NCBI RefSeq assembly: GCF_021869535.1
Contig: NW_026262679.1
Span: 95,914,001-95,978,000, forward strand
Origin: Mytilus californianus
Taxonomy: Eukaryota
Length of the DNA: 64,000 nt
Reading direction: 5' to 3'
Shown here: piece by piece, positions 1 through 11,932 of the stretch
Numbering within the stretch: position 1 is the first letter of the stretch
Layout of the letters: the number at the start of each line of letters is the position of its first letter
Program-made: the position numbers and the translations under genes
The notes under the pieces: model-generated
The model's database searches: none
What the model was told of the DNA's origin: nothing
The model's input: the letters and a program-made list of their open reading frames with translations, nothing else

Positions 1-2198
1 TCAGATTTACGGCAAACAGGGAAGTCCTGTTTGAATACCTTATAAGGATTCTGTAAAATTAAAAAAAATCAGATTGCAGTTTATGGATTGTTTCCTCATC
101 GCAAAGATACTACGCCTTGGTCAATATACTTTTTGGGATACGACCTCTCGGATTCATAAAGAATATTGCACACTAAACAATAATAAACAGTTAATTTGAA
201 ATTTGATAAGTGCGTGGAAACAGAAACTTAGCTGTTAAAACTGAATAGGAAAACAATCATTGATAATCGAAAACAGTTTTCTCTCATGCAAAGCTTACTT
301 CGCTCACTTCTGATGGAATGCATATTTAACACTTTAGAACTGTTCAAAGAACATTGACGCGGATGCAAAACTTTGAAGAAAAATAGATTTGTTGATGTAC
401 AATGCTAAATATATTGATGCCATGCCAAAATCAGACTGAAGATTAAATGCTGTAAGATGTAATCCATTTGATTTGTAGGGGCAAGGAAGAAATCTACGGA
501 AGTTAGACAATAAATATTTAGTTAAACAGTAAGAAATGTTTGTGAAATTGATTATGGTAAGGAACTAAACGAAAATTCTAAAGAATGGCGGGAAAAAATA
601 TTCTTGGACTGAATAACATATTCTTGTTCTTCTTGTTCTTTATTTTTTTCATAAAATACCATTTTCTTGTGCTTCTATATTTTAATTAACGAAAGAGAGA
701 GTATGACAGTAAAATTAAATGCATAAGATCATAACGAGTATAAATATATAAAAAGCCATCGGGAAAACGTGGTAAGAATTGTCTGATACAATTTAAGATA
801 AATAGTGGAACAAATTAAGCTAATAAGTTTTTTGTTCTTTATATACTATAAGAGTATACAGTAGCTTATCGATGTTTAAAATCCGTAAATCAATTAATAA
901 TATATACAAACCTAAAGAAAAAAAACAGAGAATCGAATAAATTCCAAAAAGACTTGGTTAACCTTTTCGTTTTTCATTTTTTTAATAGAGTGTCCTTCGA
1001 CTTCTGATTTTTATGCTTCTTATTTATACCAAAAAGAAACATTATTCAAAAGCAAACAGTTTCATTTTCCTGTTACCGTATAGCCCTTCAATGTACAGAT
1101 TCCCATAATGTTTAACCGGACACTGGCTTATTTAAATAAATCCAATGTGTTGTGTATAGGCGGTCATATTATAATAAACACACTTTGGCTAAAATGAATA
1201 TACAATTTCGATCTTCGAACGAGAGGTTGAAATAAAAATGAGAAATTAAATCCAATCGAAAAAATCGTTTTGATTTCTTGACAACAATTGCTTCATTAAC
1301 ATTTATTTTGTCTCATTGGCAATAATGCCACCTCTCCTTATACGCATGAAATATCATATAAGTACATATGGTATACATAAGATTTACATAGAAAAAAAAA
1401 ATTCTCCTTCAGGAATATTTAATTTGAAATCAGTATTAAACTATAATGTGAAATTCCTGCTATAACGTTTTTAAAGTTATTTTGTTTCAAGCATTTCCAT
1501 TTGATCATAACGTACTAAAGTTAACTACCTATAGGAAAAGCATATATTTTCCATTATATATATTTCTTATTGCACAATGCTGAACTCTTTCATCAATTCC
1601 CAAACGCAAGTTGTCAAGAGCATCCGCGAGACAAATATCCCATTAGACTATTTATCATCTTATAAATTTTCTTGTTTATGCTTGTGACAAAAACTATTCC
1701 CTGTCCATTTCGCACTTGTCTAGATAATTGATTTTGCCTGCTTTAATGGATAACTATGGCTTGGTCATTATCTTTCAGACCTATGACTGTTTACATCAAA
1801 TAATGCATTCATCAAAACTTCTCTAGCAATCATATGCGACTTGTTTGTGCAAGAGAAGAAAAGAAAAAAATCCCAATAATGATATTCTTACTTTGTAACA
1901 AAGTTTTGCATTTGTTCTGGCGGGTTCGTCTTGGATGCTACTTTGATTAATTCATTGGCCAAATGATCAAGCTAATTATTGCGACAGCTCATTTATCGAT
2001 ACCATCATAACTTTCAACACGACATCGCTCCGTATTAGAGTAATAGAAGTGACAACTAATACTATCTGTTTGGTATAATCCAATTTTATTCTATTAAGCA
2101 AACCTAACAGATGATTCCCGTTGGACATCGCTAAACAATTATCTGATGCACCGAATGATACCGAGGGCGATTTTATTTTATTTTGATTACTAATAGAT

Positions 2199-2402
2199 GA
2201 GGGGCCTGATGGGGGGGGGGGGGGGGGGGGGTCTCATCACGATTCACGAGTTGATTTTTTTGTCAATCACGATTCACAGAAAATAAATTTCCATGATCAC
2301 GGATCACGAAAATATAAAAAAAAAATAAATCTGTAGAAAAACGGATCACGATAGCGAAAATGCGCCAATCACGAAGAACGAAAGTAACCCATCAGGCCCC
2401 TC
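2199..2402. mobile_element. Non-autonomous DNA transposon (MITE), 204 bp, superfamily unassigned
   Basis: Perfect TIR GAGGGGCCTGATGGG at 2199 and CCCATCAGGCCCCTC ending at 2402. ATAGAT is duplicated on both flanks (2193-2198, 2403-2408). The interior has a G21 run and repeated ATCACG motifs. Confidence 0.85.
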
Positions 2403-3574
2403 ATAGATAATACACGTGTTGAACGTGTAAAATAAATGGTCAACAATCATTTTTATGAGATTCTGAATATTTTGAAACATAAAAGACTGTACAAAAACTG
2501 CATATATGGTGATAATGTTAGTTTCATTTTGAAAGCCTCCTTGTGAATTTGAGATCAAGAACAGTATTAAAAAGCGCGATTCTTATGCTTTGGTTTATCA
2601 TGTGAGTGTAGTAATTTTGTGTCATGAAGTCCAATATCATTTTTTCTGTTTAATTTGTACAGTGAATCTATACAGATGTTACATATTAAAATTTCAGGTG
2701 AATACCAATGCATATATATGAAGAGCAACCAATCAAATTGAGAATGGAAACGGGGAATGTGTCAAAGAGAAAACAACCCGACCAAAGAGCAGAAAACAGC
2801 TTAAGGCCACCAATGGGTCTTCAACACAGCGAGAAAATATGATGTCTTTTTTCAAACTTCTAACTGCAAATTGTAGTACCAAATATAGAAACCGATACCA
2901 ATTACCTAAACGTATGATAAAGATTTTAGATGATACGAGACGTGTCCCTGAAATAACCTTGATATGTGACCTCGAGACCAAAAATTTAGGAAGCCAAATA
3001 TATAAAACTTTGAAAAGCATCAAGAGAGAACATTGTCTTATTAGAAAAGTAAAAATAGACTAATGTCAATTTTGTTTAGTATAAACACATATACATTATA
3101 TCTTATTAATGAAGTCAGTGTTAAAGGACTAACAGTTCACAGGTCCCGGCCTCATTTCAATAGAGTAGGATACAAATTTTAGTATGCACGACACGTGTTT
3201 CCGGAGAAACTATCTTCCGGTTCTATCAAACCATTTCCGACAGAGAAAAAAAACCGAATATCTCACGGGCTAAGTTTTAACAGTCGTTTGGTAGTCAGAG
3301 TACTTCATTAATTCCAGGCAAAGAGTCAATATCTACAAATGGGGCATAAAAGAGTGTGCTTAACATTACATACAGTAAAACAAACATTAAAGATCATGCA
3401 AAACATTGCCCAAATTTTGTCAGTATTGTTGTAAGGCCTTCCAAGAAAATTTGGGGTTTGCTTTTAAAAGTATCTTTAAGTCATAACTCACATAACATCA
3501 CATAGCTTTATGCTGATGATACGTAGTTTCAAATTGTTTACTCAAGATTTTACAAAGAAATTTTTGTCAAGCTA

Positions 3575-4440
3575 TTTATACAGGAGCTTTCACGCCAAAT
3601 GAAAAAGAAACTAGCATTATTTTAACTTCACTGTCTTCTCACTGATATATTCAAAGTTTGATGACTCCTCTATTGCACTTAGCTTGAATTAAAGATATCG
3701 TATATGCTTCATTGCTTGACTTACATCTAAAAATGACAATGAGGGTCGAATGAGAGTCAAACTACACTTCAATAGAGACCATTTAAATTTTTCTCATTGT
3801 GAACTTTCTATTGGTGTGCAGCAACATTCCAACAGCGCCTGCATGCTATGGTATGCATTAAAGCCAGTTGATATGATATTCCCGTGTTTGCGCTTACTAT
3901 CATGATTTTCTTGATAGGGGTTGCAGCTTACATGCAGCTTTTGAACCAAAGGTTCTTTATAGTAAACCTGAAGTCATCCCTTCGATTTTTTTACGGACGC
4001 CGTCAAAACTTGTTTGGCCGTTTTGGAAAATCTATCGTACAGATGACCGATGAAGATGCTCCAATTACAACTACATTTAAAATAGAAAGTTATTTCCAAC
4101 AGAACCGACGGGTGCTACTAGTTGAGCACGAACATCCCCACCCCCACACACACACATTGGAGTATATGTGTTCATTACTACGTTAGGAGGTTACTTATGT
4201 CTTTCGCGCGTTTTTCGTGCAGAAAAGCCGTTACTGGTGCTATTTGTGCAAAGAAATAAACCTGCATAGGGCTCTCAATGAGTACCACTATACTATTCTT
4301 TTCTTAATACTTTTTGTCGTTACTGGTTGTTGTTCCATTGATGCACACCCCATATATCCATTTATTCAATTAATATTGAAGGGCAATAAGTACATTCACT
4401 TGTCCATTGATTTGACCAATAAATCTAGTCTTCGTTTTAA
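3575..4440 (+). mobile_element. 5'-truncated, decayed Penelope-like retroelement (RT C-terminus plus 3' tail)
   Basis: Frameshifted RT-like sequence: FIQEL-like start, then pieces resembling the family IVNFxxxCSNIPxAPA motif, and YHDFLDRG / LLNQRFFIVNLKSSLRFFYGR (partly ORF 3884..4186). It is followed by the CGACGGGTGCTACTAGT tail also seen at other copies in the window. Confidence 0.8.
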
Positions 4441-4914
4441 TTAAAAGTTTTTGTTTCATGTTTGTATTAATAAAATGATAAAACTTTGATTTATATACGT
4501 AACATTTCTTTGATCTGTCATCGAAACTATTAGGCTTTCGAATACGTGGTTTTTATTTCTAATATATTCTTATGGAAATTATAGTTATGATTATAATGAA
4601 TTGGGGAGTAGCAATATTAGGTCATGATACATAGTATCTGATATCTTCTCTATTTTTTCAAATCAGACACGACATGACAAACGTTATACTAATGATGTCG
4701 AAATTGATGATTTGAGCTTATGGGTGCAACCCTAAGAATGTCACCGAGCGTAGCGAAGCGAAAAATTATATTTTCCCATTTTAGGGGGACGCAAACCGGC
4801 TGTAAACCACTTGGAATTCGCCCCTGTATATGCTCTTCGTGTCTTTAATATGAACAAAGTAGTAACTTACATTAAACACCATATATACATTAGACACACA
4901 ACAATAATTCTCAA

Positions 4915-5165
4915 GATAAATGACTTAGCTTGCGGTCTTCAACAATGAGCAGAACCTATACAGCGTAGCATTCTGCAAGCTATAAAAACCCAACATGACA
5001 AATGTAAAACAATTCAAACAAGAAAACCATCAGCCCGATTTATGTACAGGACAATAAACAAAAACAAATATAATATACAACAACAAACGGCAACCACTGA
5101 AATACTGGCTCCTGATTAGGGACAGATAAATACAAAATGTGACGGGCTAAGACAATTAAAAAGGA
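4915..5165 (+). mobile_element. Fragment of the abundant retroelement-tail repeat (same family as 28625-28990)
   Basis: Shares GGTCTTCAACAATGAGC, CAAACGGCAACCACTGAA and GGCTCCTGATTAGGGACAG with 28700-28870. Confidence 0.7.
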
Positions 5166-7549
5166 CAAATCTATAATTGGTAATATTAGATACGGCCTTA
5201 TCATTTGTCACCCTTTTCAGTCTATTCTAAGAACAGGTGCTGCTAAAGCTATTGCACTGAGGGCCTTGAATATGACGGTCTCGTTTGTTTTGGAGTTCAC
5301 ACGATTCCCTCACGTCCCCCCCCCCCCCCCCCTTAATTTGTATTTTCGTAATGGATTGATTAGATTTGACCATCGATGAACGACTGTTTCTTCCACTTTA
5401 TTCAGCAATGTTTTAGTCCACATGTCCTAGCTGCCACAAACCTTCAAAACTGTAATGTATTTCTCAAGTTTGGAAGCCATATATATCTATAATTGTACGA
5501 AATCCTGAATGGCATCCCATTTAATTTATACCCGAGGATGATATTGTAATAACTATACTACTTCTTTCAGTGCCTGGAAACACTACTTCCTGTTTAAGCA
5601 AATTGCCTGGCAGCTTGTAATCATGTAATAGCCTCACTGTCGTAAAATTCGCTGCGTTAAGAATTGATGACTTTGTTATTTCCTTGACTTAATACTGATA
5701 GTATTACCTTGATGGGGTTCCTGATTAGTACAAGTTTTTTTTATGAAAAAAGGAGATTTAGTGACGACCAATCATACATTTTGAGGAACTGAAATCTATA
5801 TATTAAGTAGTTATACCTGGAATGCTTTTGTTGTCAGTTATTGAATGATATATTTTTTAGTATCTCATTCCAAAGATAAAGAGTTCATATCACAATCGGT
5901 TAATGGTTGGTGACCTTCTTACTTCTGTGTCAAAGATACAAAAAAAAAATCCCATATTAACTTCTACATGAAAACTTTCTTTCGTGTTTATAGAAACTTG
6001 GTTCACTGCTACGGAGTATAGAAAATAATTGCCATGCAAACTGTTATGGATTCCATTTTTATGATTCGCTTTCAAATTGTAACATGCAGAACTTGACGGA
6101 TACTATACGTGGATCAGACACTCTATTTATTATACCTTCCGGAATACACGGGGTCATTGCTTTTCAGTAGGTATACAATACCTGCTAACCTTTTGGAGCT
6201 ACAATGTGAGACCTACTAGTATAAAAGTCCCAGGTGGGATATCCATCTTTTCTGTTACACCCCAAATAAATCTACACAAAGAATCATCCAACTATTAAAT
6301 AGAGCCAAAATTTATTATACATTGTGATTTTCGAGTTTTTTGGATAGTTTTGACATATTTGTTCTCAACACTTGCTAACGTGATTTGAATCATATTGTCA
6401 GTGATGAATGAATATGAGAAGATTTGTCGACGCATCTTATATCATTCTGTTTGGAGTTGATGCTGTTCCTTAATTTGTCTTAGACTTGTGAAATTTCAAA
6501 TAACTCGTCACTCGACCTTTTTATTGTGATAATACTTTTAAAAAAGTGAAATTAATTTCGTACAACACCTTAGCAGTCACTTCCACATAAACCTATGTGT
6601 AAGATATTTAAATTGAAGAAATGATCTCAAATAGAAAGTATTATGACACACACACACACGGAGGGAGAGTGAGCATTGGTCTTAATATCTACACAAATGA
6701 GAAGAAAATTAGAGATCACATTCCAAAACAATAACTGTAGCATCCAATGGTTTAGACTTTACTTTTAGGTATCTTTCTTTATATCGTTTGGCATTCATAA
6801 CTTCGGCTTTCAACTTTCGTAATGAATATTTATTCATTAAACTACGTGTTAAGCTTTGATTTGTTTAACTCATGTATGCATTCTTTTAATTTTCAAAACA
6901 CAAAACACAAAAATGTTTTCATTTAAATTTACTTACATTTACTACCAGTTATCGATTATCTGAAAGTGAGTTGTCATGACAATAAAAAAGATGACACAAC
7001 AGTACAATTTGAGAGTTTCCTGTCAAAATCACAAGCAAATAGACAGCTGAATACCAAAATTAGCATGACGCGTTTTCATATAAAAGTAATTAAATCTGTT
7101 CTTTCTCCCATTATGTCGCCATTGCTATTTACACATTACGTGAATTATTTTTCAAAGTACTTGCAAAACGACCATTATCATGTCAAGGCTTTCAATGAAA
7201 GGAAAATCAGCAACATGGATGTGTTGTCGACAAGAAATTAAATCACTATCTTATAAGGAAGAGTACAAATAGCCAATCATTACACATCTAAAGAGCTGAT
7301 AGAAGATCTGAATGCTTTATCCCTGAAATTTACTATAAAGTTTTTGTTTTAACAAATGTATTAACCTGTTAAGTATAATACGGGAATGTTCATTCAGAAG
7401 CTTCGCACATTTTATTTGGATTTCACAGCCGGAATGCTGATACTGAATTATAGCATTCTAAGTGATGTTCTATTGTAACCTTTAACCCGGAAATTATTCT
7501 AGTATCTAACATGAATAAAAATGCATTTGAAAATACCTACATTTTGTTA

Positions 7550-7965
7550 GAATAATAATAATAAAAAAAACGACAACTATGATAAAAGTAACAAAACTGA
7601 ATTGTTCTTATTTGGCCGAGGTTACCGTAGTCATTTAAGTACCTGACAGAAATAATGGAGAGAAAAAAACTAATAATATAAATAAACTAATAATAATAAA
7701 AATTGATAATAATAATGATAGTTATAATAATAATTGAATAATGATGATGATAAAAAAAAAATTACAGTAATAATGACAATAAGATAAAATTTAGAACAAA
7801 AACAATTTAATAGAAATAATAATAAAATTAAAAAACGAAAAAAAGCAATAAAGATAATGGTGATGATGATAAAAATGTTAATTACAAGCACAACAACAAA
7901 ATAATTATAGTAATTATTGTTATTATCATAATAACAGAGACATAAAAAACCCATGATAAAACACA
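7550..7965. repeat. Low-complexity AAT/ATA-rich tract
   Basis: Degenerate (AAT)n with A-runs. It explains the hydrophobic minus-strand ORF 7670..7966. Confidence 0.85.
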
Positions 7966-8171
7966 TTGCAATGGTATTACACGTCTCTAGTCACCAGTTT
8001 TATCTTTTCTGTCTTTTCTGTTCGTTTGTTTGTCTTTTTTAGTTTTTTTCTTCTGCTATGCAAATGTGTGACTCCTTCCTTTGTTTTCTATAACTAAAGC
8101 TATCATTTATGTGTTTGCTGTCATTATACATTTGTATTGTATATGTAAGGAGAGGACTTAATATAAGTTTT

Positions 8172-8351
8172 AATAACTTGTGTCCAATCCTTTTGCTTGA
8201 TTATTGCAATAACTTGTGTCCAATCCTTTTGCTTGATTATTGCAATAATTTGTGTCCAATCCTTTTGCTTGATTATTGCAATGACTTGTGTCCAATCCTT
8301 TTGCTTGATTATTGCAATAACTTGTGTCAAATCCTTTTGCTTGATTATTGC
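8172..8351. repeat. Minisatellite, 36-bp unit x5
   Basis: Unit AATAACTTGTGTCCAATCCTTTTGCTTGATTATTGC, five near-identical tandem copies. Confidence 0.97.
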
Positions 8352-8855
8352 AGTAAAGTATTATCAAATTAAACACCTCTAATAAAATTGACACCAAAGT
8401 TCAATATAAATACATTTAATAAAACTCATGTCAGTGATAAGGAACTCATTGAGTCAATGCTTGTGCTAGTATCATTCGCCAAGCAGTTAGTGCTCTATAT
8501 AAAATAACAGAGTCAAATACAGTGAAAACCGGCTTGAGTATATTAAGAGCTAAATTAGATACAATAAATGTAAATTTATTTTAAGTAACTCATGATCTTT
8601 TAGTTTGTCAGCAATAATTGACTTATCGATCTTATTACATTCAACAATTTACGAATACATATATATTGTGAATGAAATCAAAAACGCAATTATTAAAAGC
8701 TCAATGACATATTGATATTTTGCATTTAATTGTATTACATAATTTTATGGCAATCTTTGGCCATTTTGACGTGAATCAAAAGTTGTGCTATCAAAATAAT
8801 TTAAGCTCGTTCAAACCCTCACGTGGTTTTACAAATGTCGCGAGCAACAGGGTAA

Positions 8856-9174
8856 TGCTGCGTTCACACGTAATTCGAATTCGATGCGCATTAACTCATT
8901 CGAATTAGTTTAATTCGCATTCGAAACGTTTAACGTCCAAACGTAAATTCTAATTCGAATTGCAATGCGCGTTTAATTCGCTTTACTGTCCTAACGACGT
9001 TAACTTTTAATTCGTATTAACAAAAACGCATTTCTAATGCGAATTGGATAATGCGATTTAGCCAATTCGAATCAATTCGAATTAAAAAAAGAAGAGTGTG
9101 TTAACGCGATTAGCGAATTCGATTCGCATTCGATTCGAATTCAATTCGAATTAAATGTACGTGTGAACGAGGCA
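8856..9174. mobile_element. PIF/Harbinger-like (Tourist-type) MITE, 319 bp
   Basis: 17-bp TIRs TGCTGCGTTCACACGTA / TACGTGTGAACGAGGCA (2 mismatches). TAA target-site duplication at 8853-8855 and 9175-9177. Confidence 0.85.
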
Positions 9175-10199
9175 TAAGATGTTGCAAAGAAATTTTACAT
9201 AAATCTCATTTGTTATTCAAAAACAGGTCTTCAATCTAGAAATAGCTTAGTACGCATAAAAATATAGTCACCTGGACTTCTCCAATCATACAGAAAAACT
9301 AACTATTGGGAGAAGTAGGCCTTTCTTCTTTTCTTTTCTTATGTATGCAGTGTCAAATATGTCATACATGATGGCAGGAAATGATGGCATAAAAGGCGAA
9401 ATGACTACTACAAAAAGAGCTGTCTGTATAAAAAAAGCAGCAAAACAGGCGGCAATTTCACAAATCTGAAGAAGATACAAATATGGAAACAAACTGAAAA
9501 TCTGAAAGTAGTCCACATGAGTAGTTAAATTTTCCCAAGTGGATTCCCCAGGGAAAAGAAAACGGAACAAGTTTTATCTGTTTTAGTTCTGAAGGAATAC
9601 ACGAGGGGAACCCATAAATAAGACAGTAATCAATGAAACGATGAGAATAAAACAAATTTATAGAAATAAATAAAAAGTTTTCAACAACAGACACGTTTCT
9701 AAACTTAACATTAACTTAAGCTAACAATTGTCCACATTAAATCTTTTTTTAAATGGCCGTAAATGACCAAAAAAATATTGAACAAGATATGCACACAGCC
9801 TGTGAAAATGCTTAAATACTTAAAATTTGTATATATTTTGTTTGTGTGTTTTTACAGTAAGGTAAAATATGGTGTTAAAATGTGGAAACATTTAAAAAAA
9901 TTGAGGGGGCAATTTGTGTTTGTTTTTACAATTTGATCCTATGTAATAAAATTTTGTACAGAACTGTAATTCGTTTTACCGGAACGTTTAACGTCTTAAT
10001 GCCTGAAAGTATATATATATATATATATATTTAGAGCTTGCAAACAATGAGGTCAAAAATGACACTTCATAGTTATACATTTTATTCTTATAAACAATTG
10101 TTCTGGGACTTTATTATGGCTGGCCGTTTGATCTGAACTTTGCGTCAGTTGACCATATTATTTTTGTTAAAAACAATTACTTTTGGTCTGTAACGTCAA

Positions 10200-11077
10200 A
10201 AAGAAGCGAAAGATATCAAAGAGAGAATCGAAACCCATTAGTCATAAGACGAGAGACCGAAAAAACTCATGCCAAAAAAAAAACGACGAAAAGACAAACA
10301 ACAGTTTACAAAACACTACATAAAAGCTAAAAACGGAGGAACATGAATCGTATAAATCAACCGGAGTGATCTCAGATGCTCCGGAGGGTAAGTAGATCCA
10401 GCTCCACACGTAGCACCCGTTATACTGCACTTGGTAGGTACAAATGCGGTGTTTAAAAGAGGCGGAAGATACCTAGGGGACAATCAAAACTCCCAAAGTC
10501 GATAGAAACTTACAATACCATGGTAAAAACAGAAAGACGAATAAAAGATAAAAAATCTAAGTTTCATTCGGTGATGTCTCAATCGAGGAAAAGAGGATGG
10601 GAGCATGGCTACGACAATACGGAACATATACGTGGTCATTTTTGACACGATCAACCAACTCATAATATCGCACATAAAACTTTCCAAAAGTTGACTTCAA
10701 CTTTACCACTGGGAACCACTGGCTCAATAGCATCCTTGTTAGCAGCAATCCTCTTTTAAAGAAATCATGATAGGAAAAGCAAGCTCGGGAATATAGTATC
10801 AACTGGGAGATATATAATACTTCATATGCAGGGGCTGCTGGAATGTTGCTACATACAAATGGAAAGTTCACAATTGGAAAAGGAATAGATGAGTTAAACA
10901 TATTCATCAAATAATGAATTATTTAGTGAGAGAACACCATCTATATAGCGGGACGTGAATTTTTATGATTTTCTAGCTTCTGTTCATTCTTCATGAGAAG
11001 CTCCTATATAAAGTCTGCTTCATATCGTCGAAATAAAGGAACAAGTCTGCAAGAAGATGAGCACAGTTGGTTCCCAT
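10200..11077 (-). mobile_element. 5'-truncated, decayed Penelope-like retroelement (RT core to 3' tail)
   Basis: Minus strand reads MGTNCAHLLADLFLY (11077 downward), a RYIDGVLSLNN catalytic-motif remnant, then FPIVNFPFVCSNIPAAPAY...RGLLLTR (ORF 10557..10910), then the family 3' tail. Confidence 0.88.
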
Positions 11078-11744
11078 ACATGTCAAATGTTTCTTAACTT
11101 GGTTCAAATATAAAATGATTTGAGAAATAAAATAGTTTAAAGAAAATAGTTTAATTTATACAACAGATGCAAAATTTGAGCACTCTTTTCTGACAGCTAA
11201 TTCATATTTACAATTTATAAATTTTATGATATTAAAAATATGTGTATATATTCTAGTACATGTAGCTCAATGACACTTTGAAAAATCCTAAATGTGTTTA
11301 TGCTGTCCTTTCATAAATCAAATATCTTTATCAGATTCTTTATACTGAGATAGCAATGCATTTATATTTAAATAAAGTTTGTTTATGATTCCCTGTATTC
11401 TATTTCTAAGCGAATAAAGTAAAGGCATTGTGGGTAAAGGTAAAACGATCTGACATAATATTTAAATAATATGATTATACAGTAGATGTTCAATGATTTC
11501 AAATCCTCAGAATTATAACAATGTAATGAAAGGAGACATTTAAGAAAATTGGTAAATAATATTCTCGCATACAGCCAAATATTAATGGATCTTCTCCAGT
11601 ATAAACAAAAAATCTTAATATACACGAAAAAGAAAATATATATTTCATTCAGTGGTGTTCGTTATTGTAGGTCAATTCTTTTTGTGCTTTAGCATAAATC
11701 AGGCCGTTGGATATCTCTTTTGACATGTTTCAGATTTTGTCATG

Positions 11745-11932
11745 CCGGAGCATTAATACATGTAGTTTACTAAGCGGTATGCCGGGGCTTAAATACATGT
11801 AGTTTACTAAGCGGTATGCCGGGGCCTTTAATACATGTAGTTTACAAGCGGTATGCCGGGACTTTAATACATGTAGTTTACTAAGCGGTATGCCGGGGCT
11901 TTAATACATGTAGTTTACTACATGTAAGCGGT
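11745..11932. repeat. Minisatellite, ~37-bp unit x~5, embedded in a retroelement-tail copy (~11640-11985)
   Basis: Unit TTAATACATGTAGTTTACTAAGCGGTATGCCGGGGC. The flanks match the reverse strand of the 28625-28860 repeat and end in CATACCACATCT. Confidence 0.9.

Noticed and set aside
7670-7966. 98-aa hydrophobic ORF
   Set aside because: It is the reverse complement of an AAT-rich low-complexity tract.
8109-8397. Four overlapping repeat-peptide ORFs and a CRISPR-like 36-bp period
   Set aside because: Head-to-tail units with no unique spacers, no cas genes, and eukaryotic context. The frames are open only because the unit is a multiple of 3.
8870-9155. Possible heat-shock element cluster (many GAA/TTC)
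   Set aside because: Canonical HSEs need GAAnnTTC spacing. Here the words abut (TTCGAA, GAATTC) without the 2-nt spacer.
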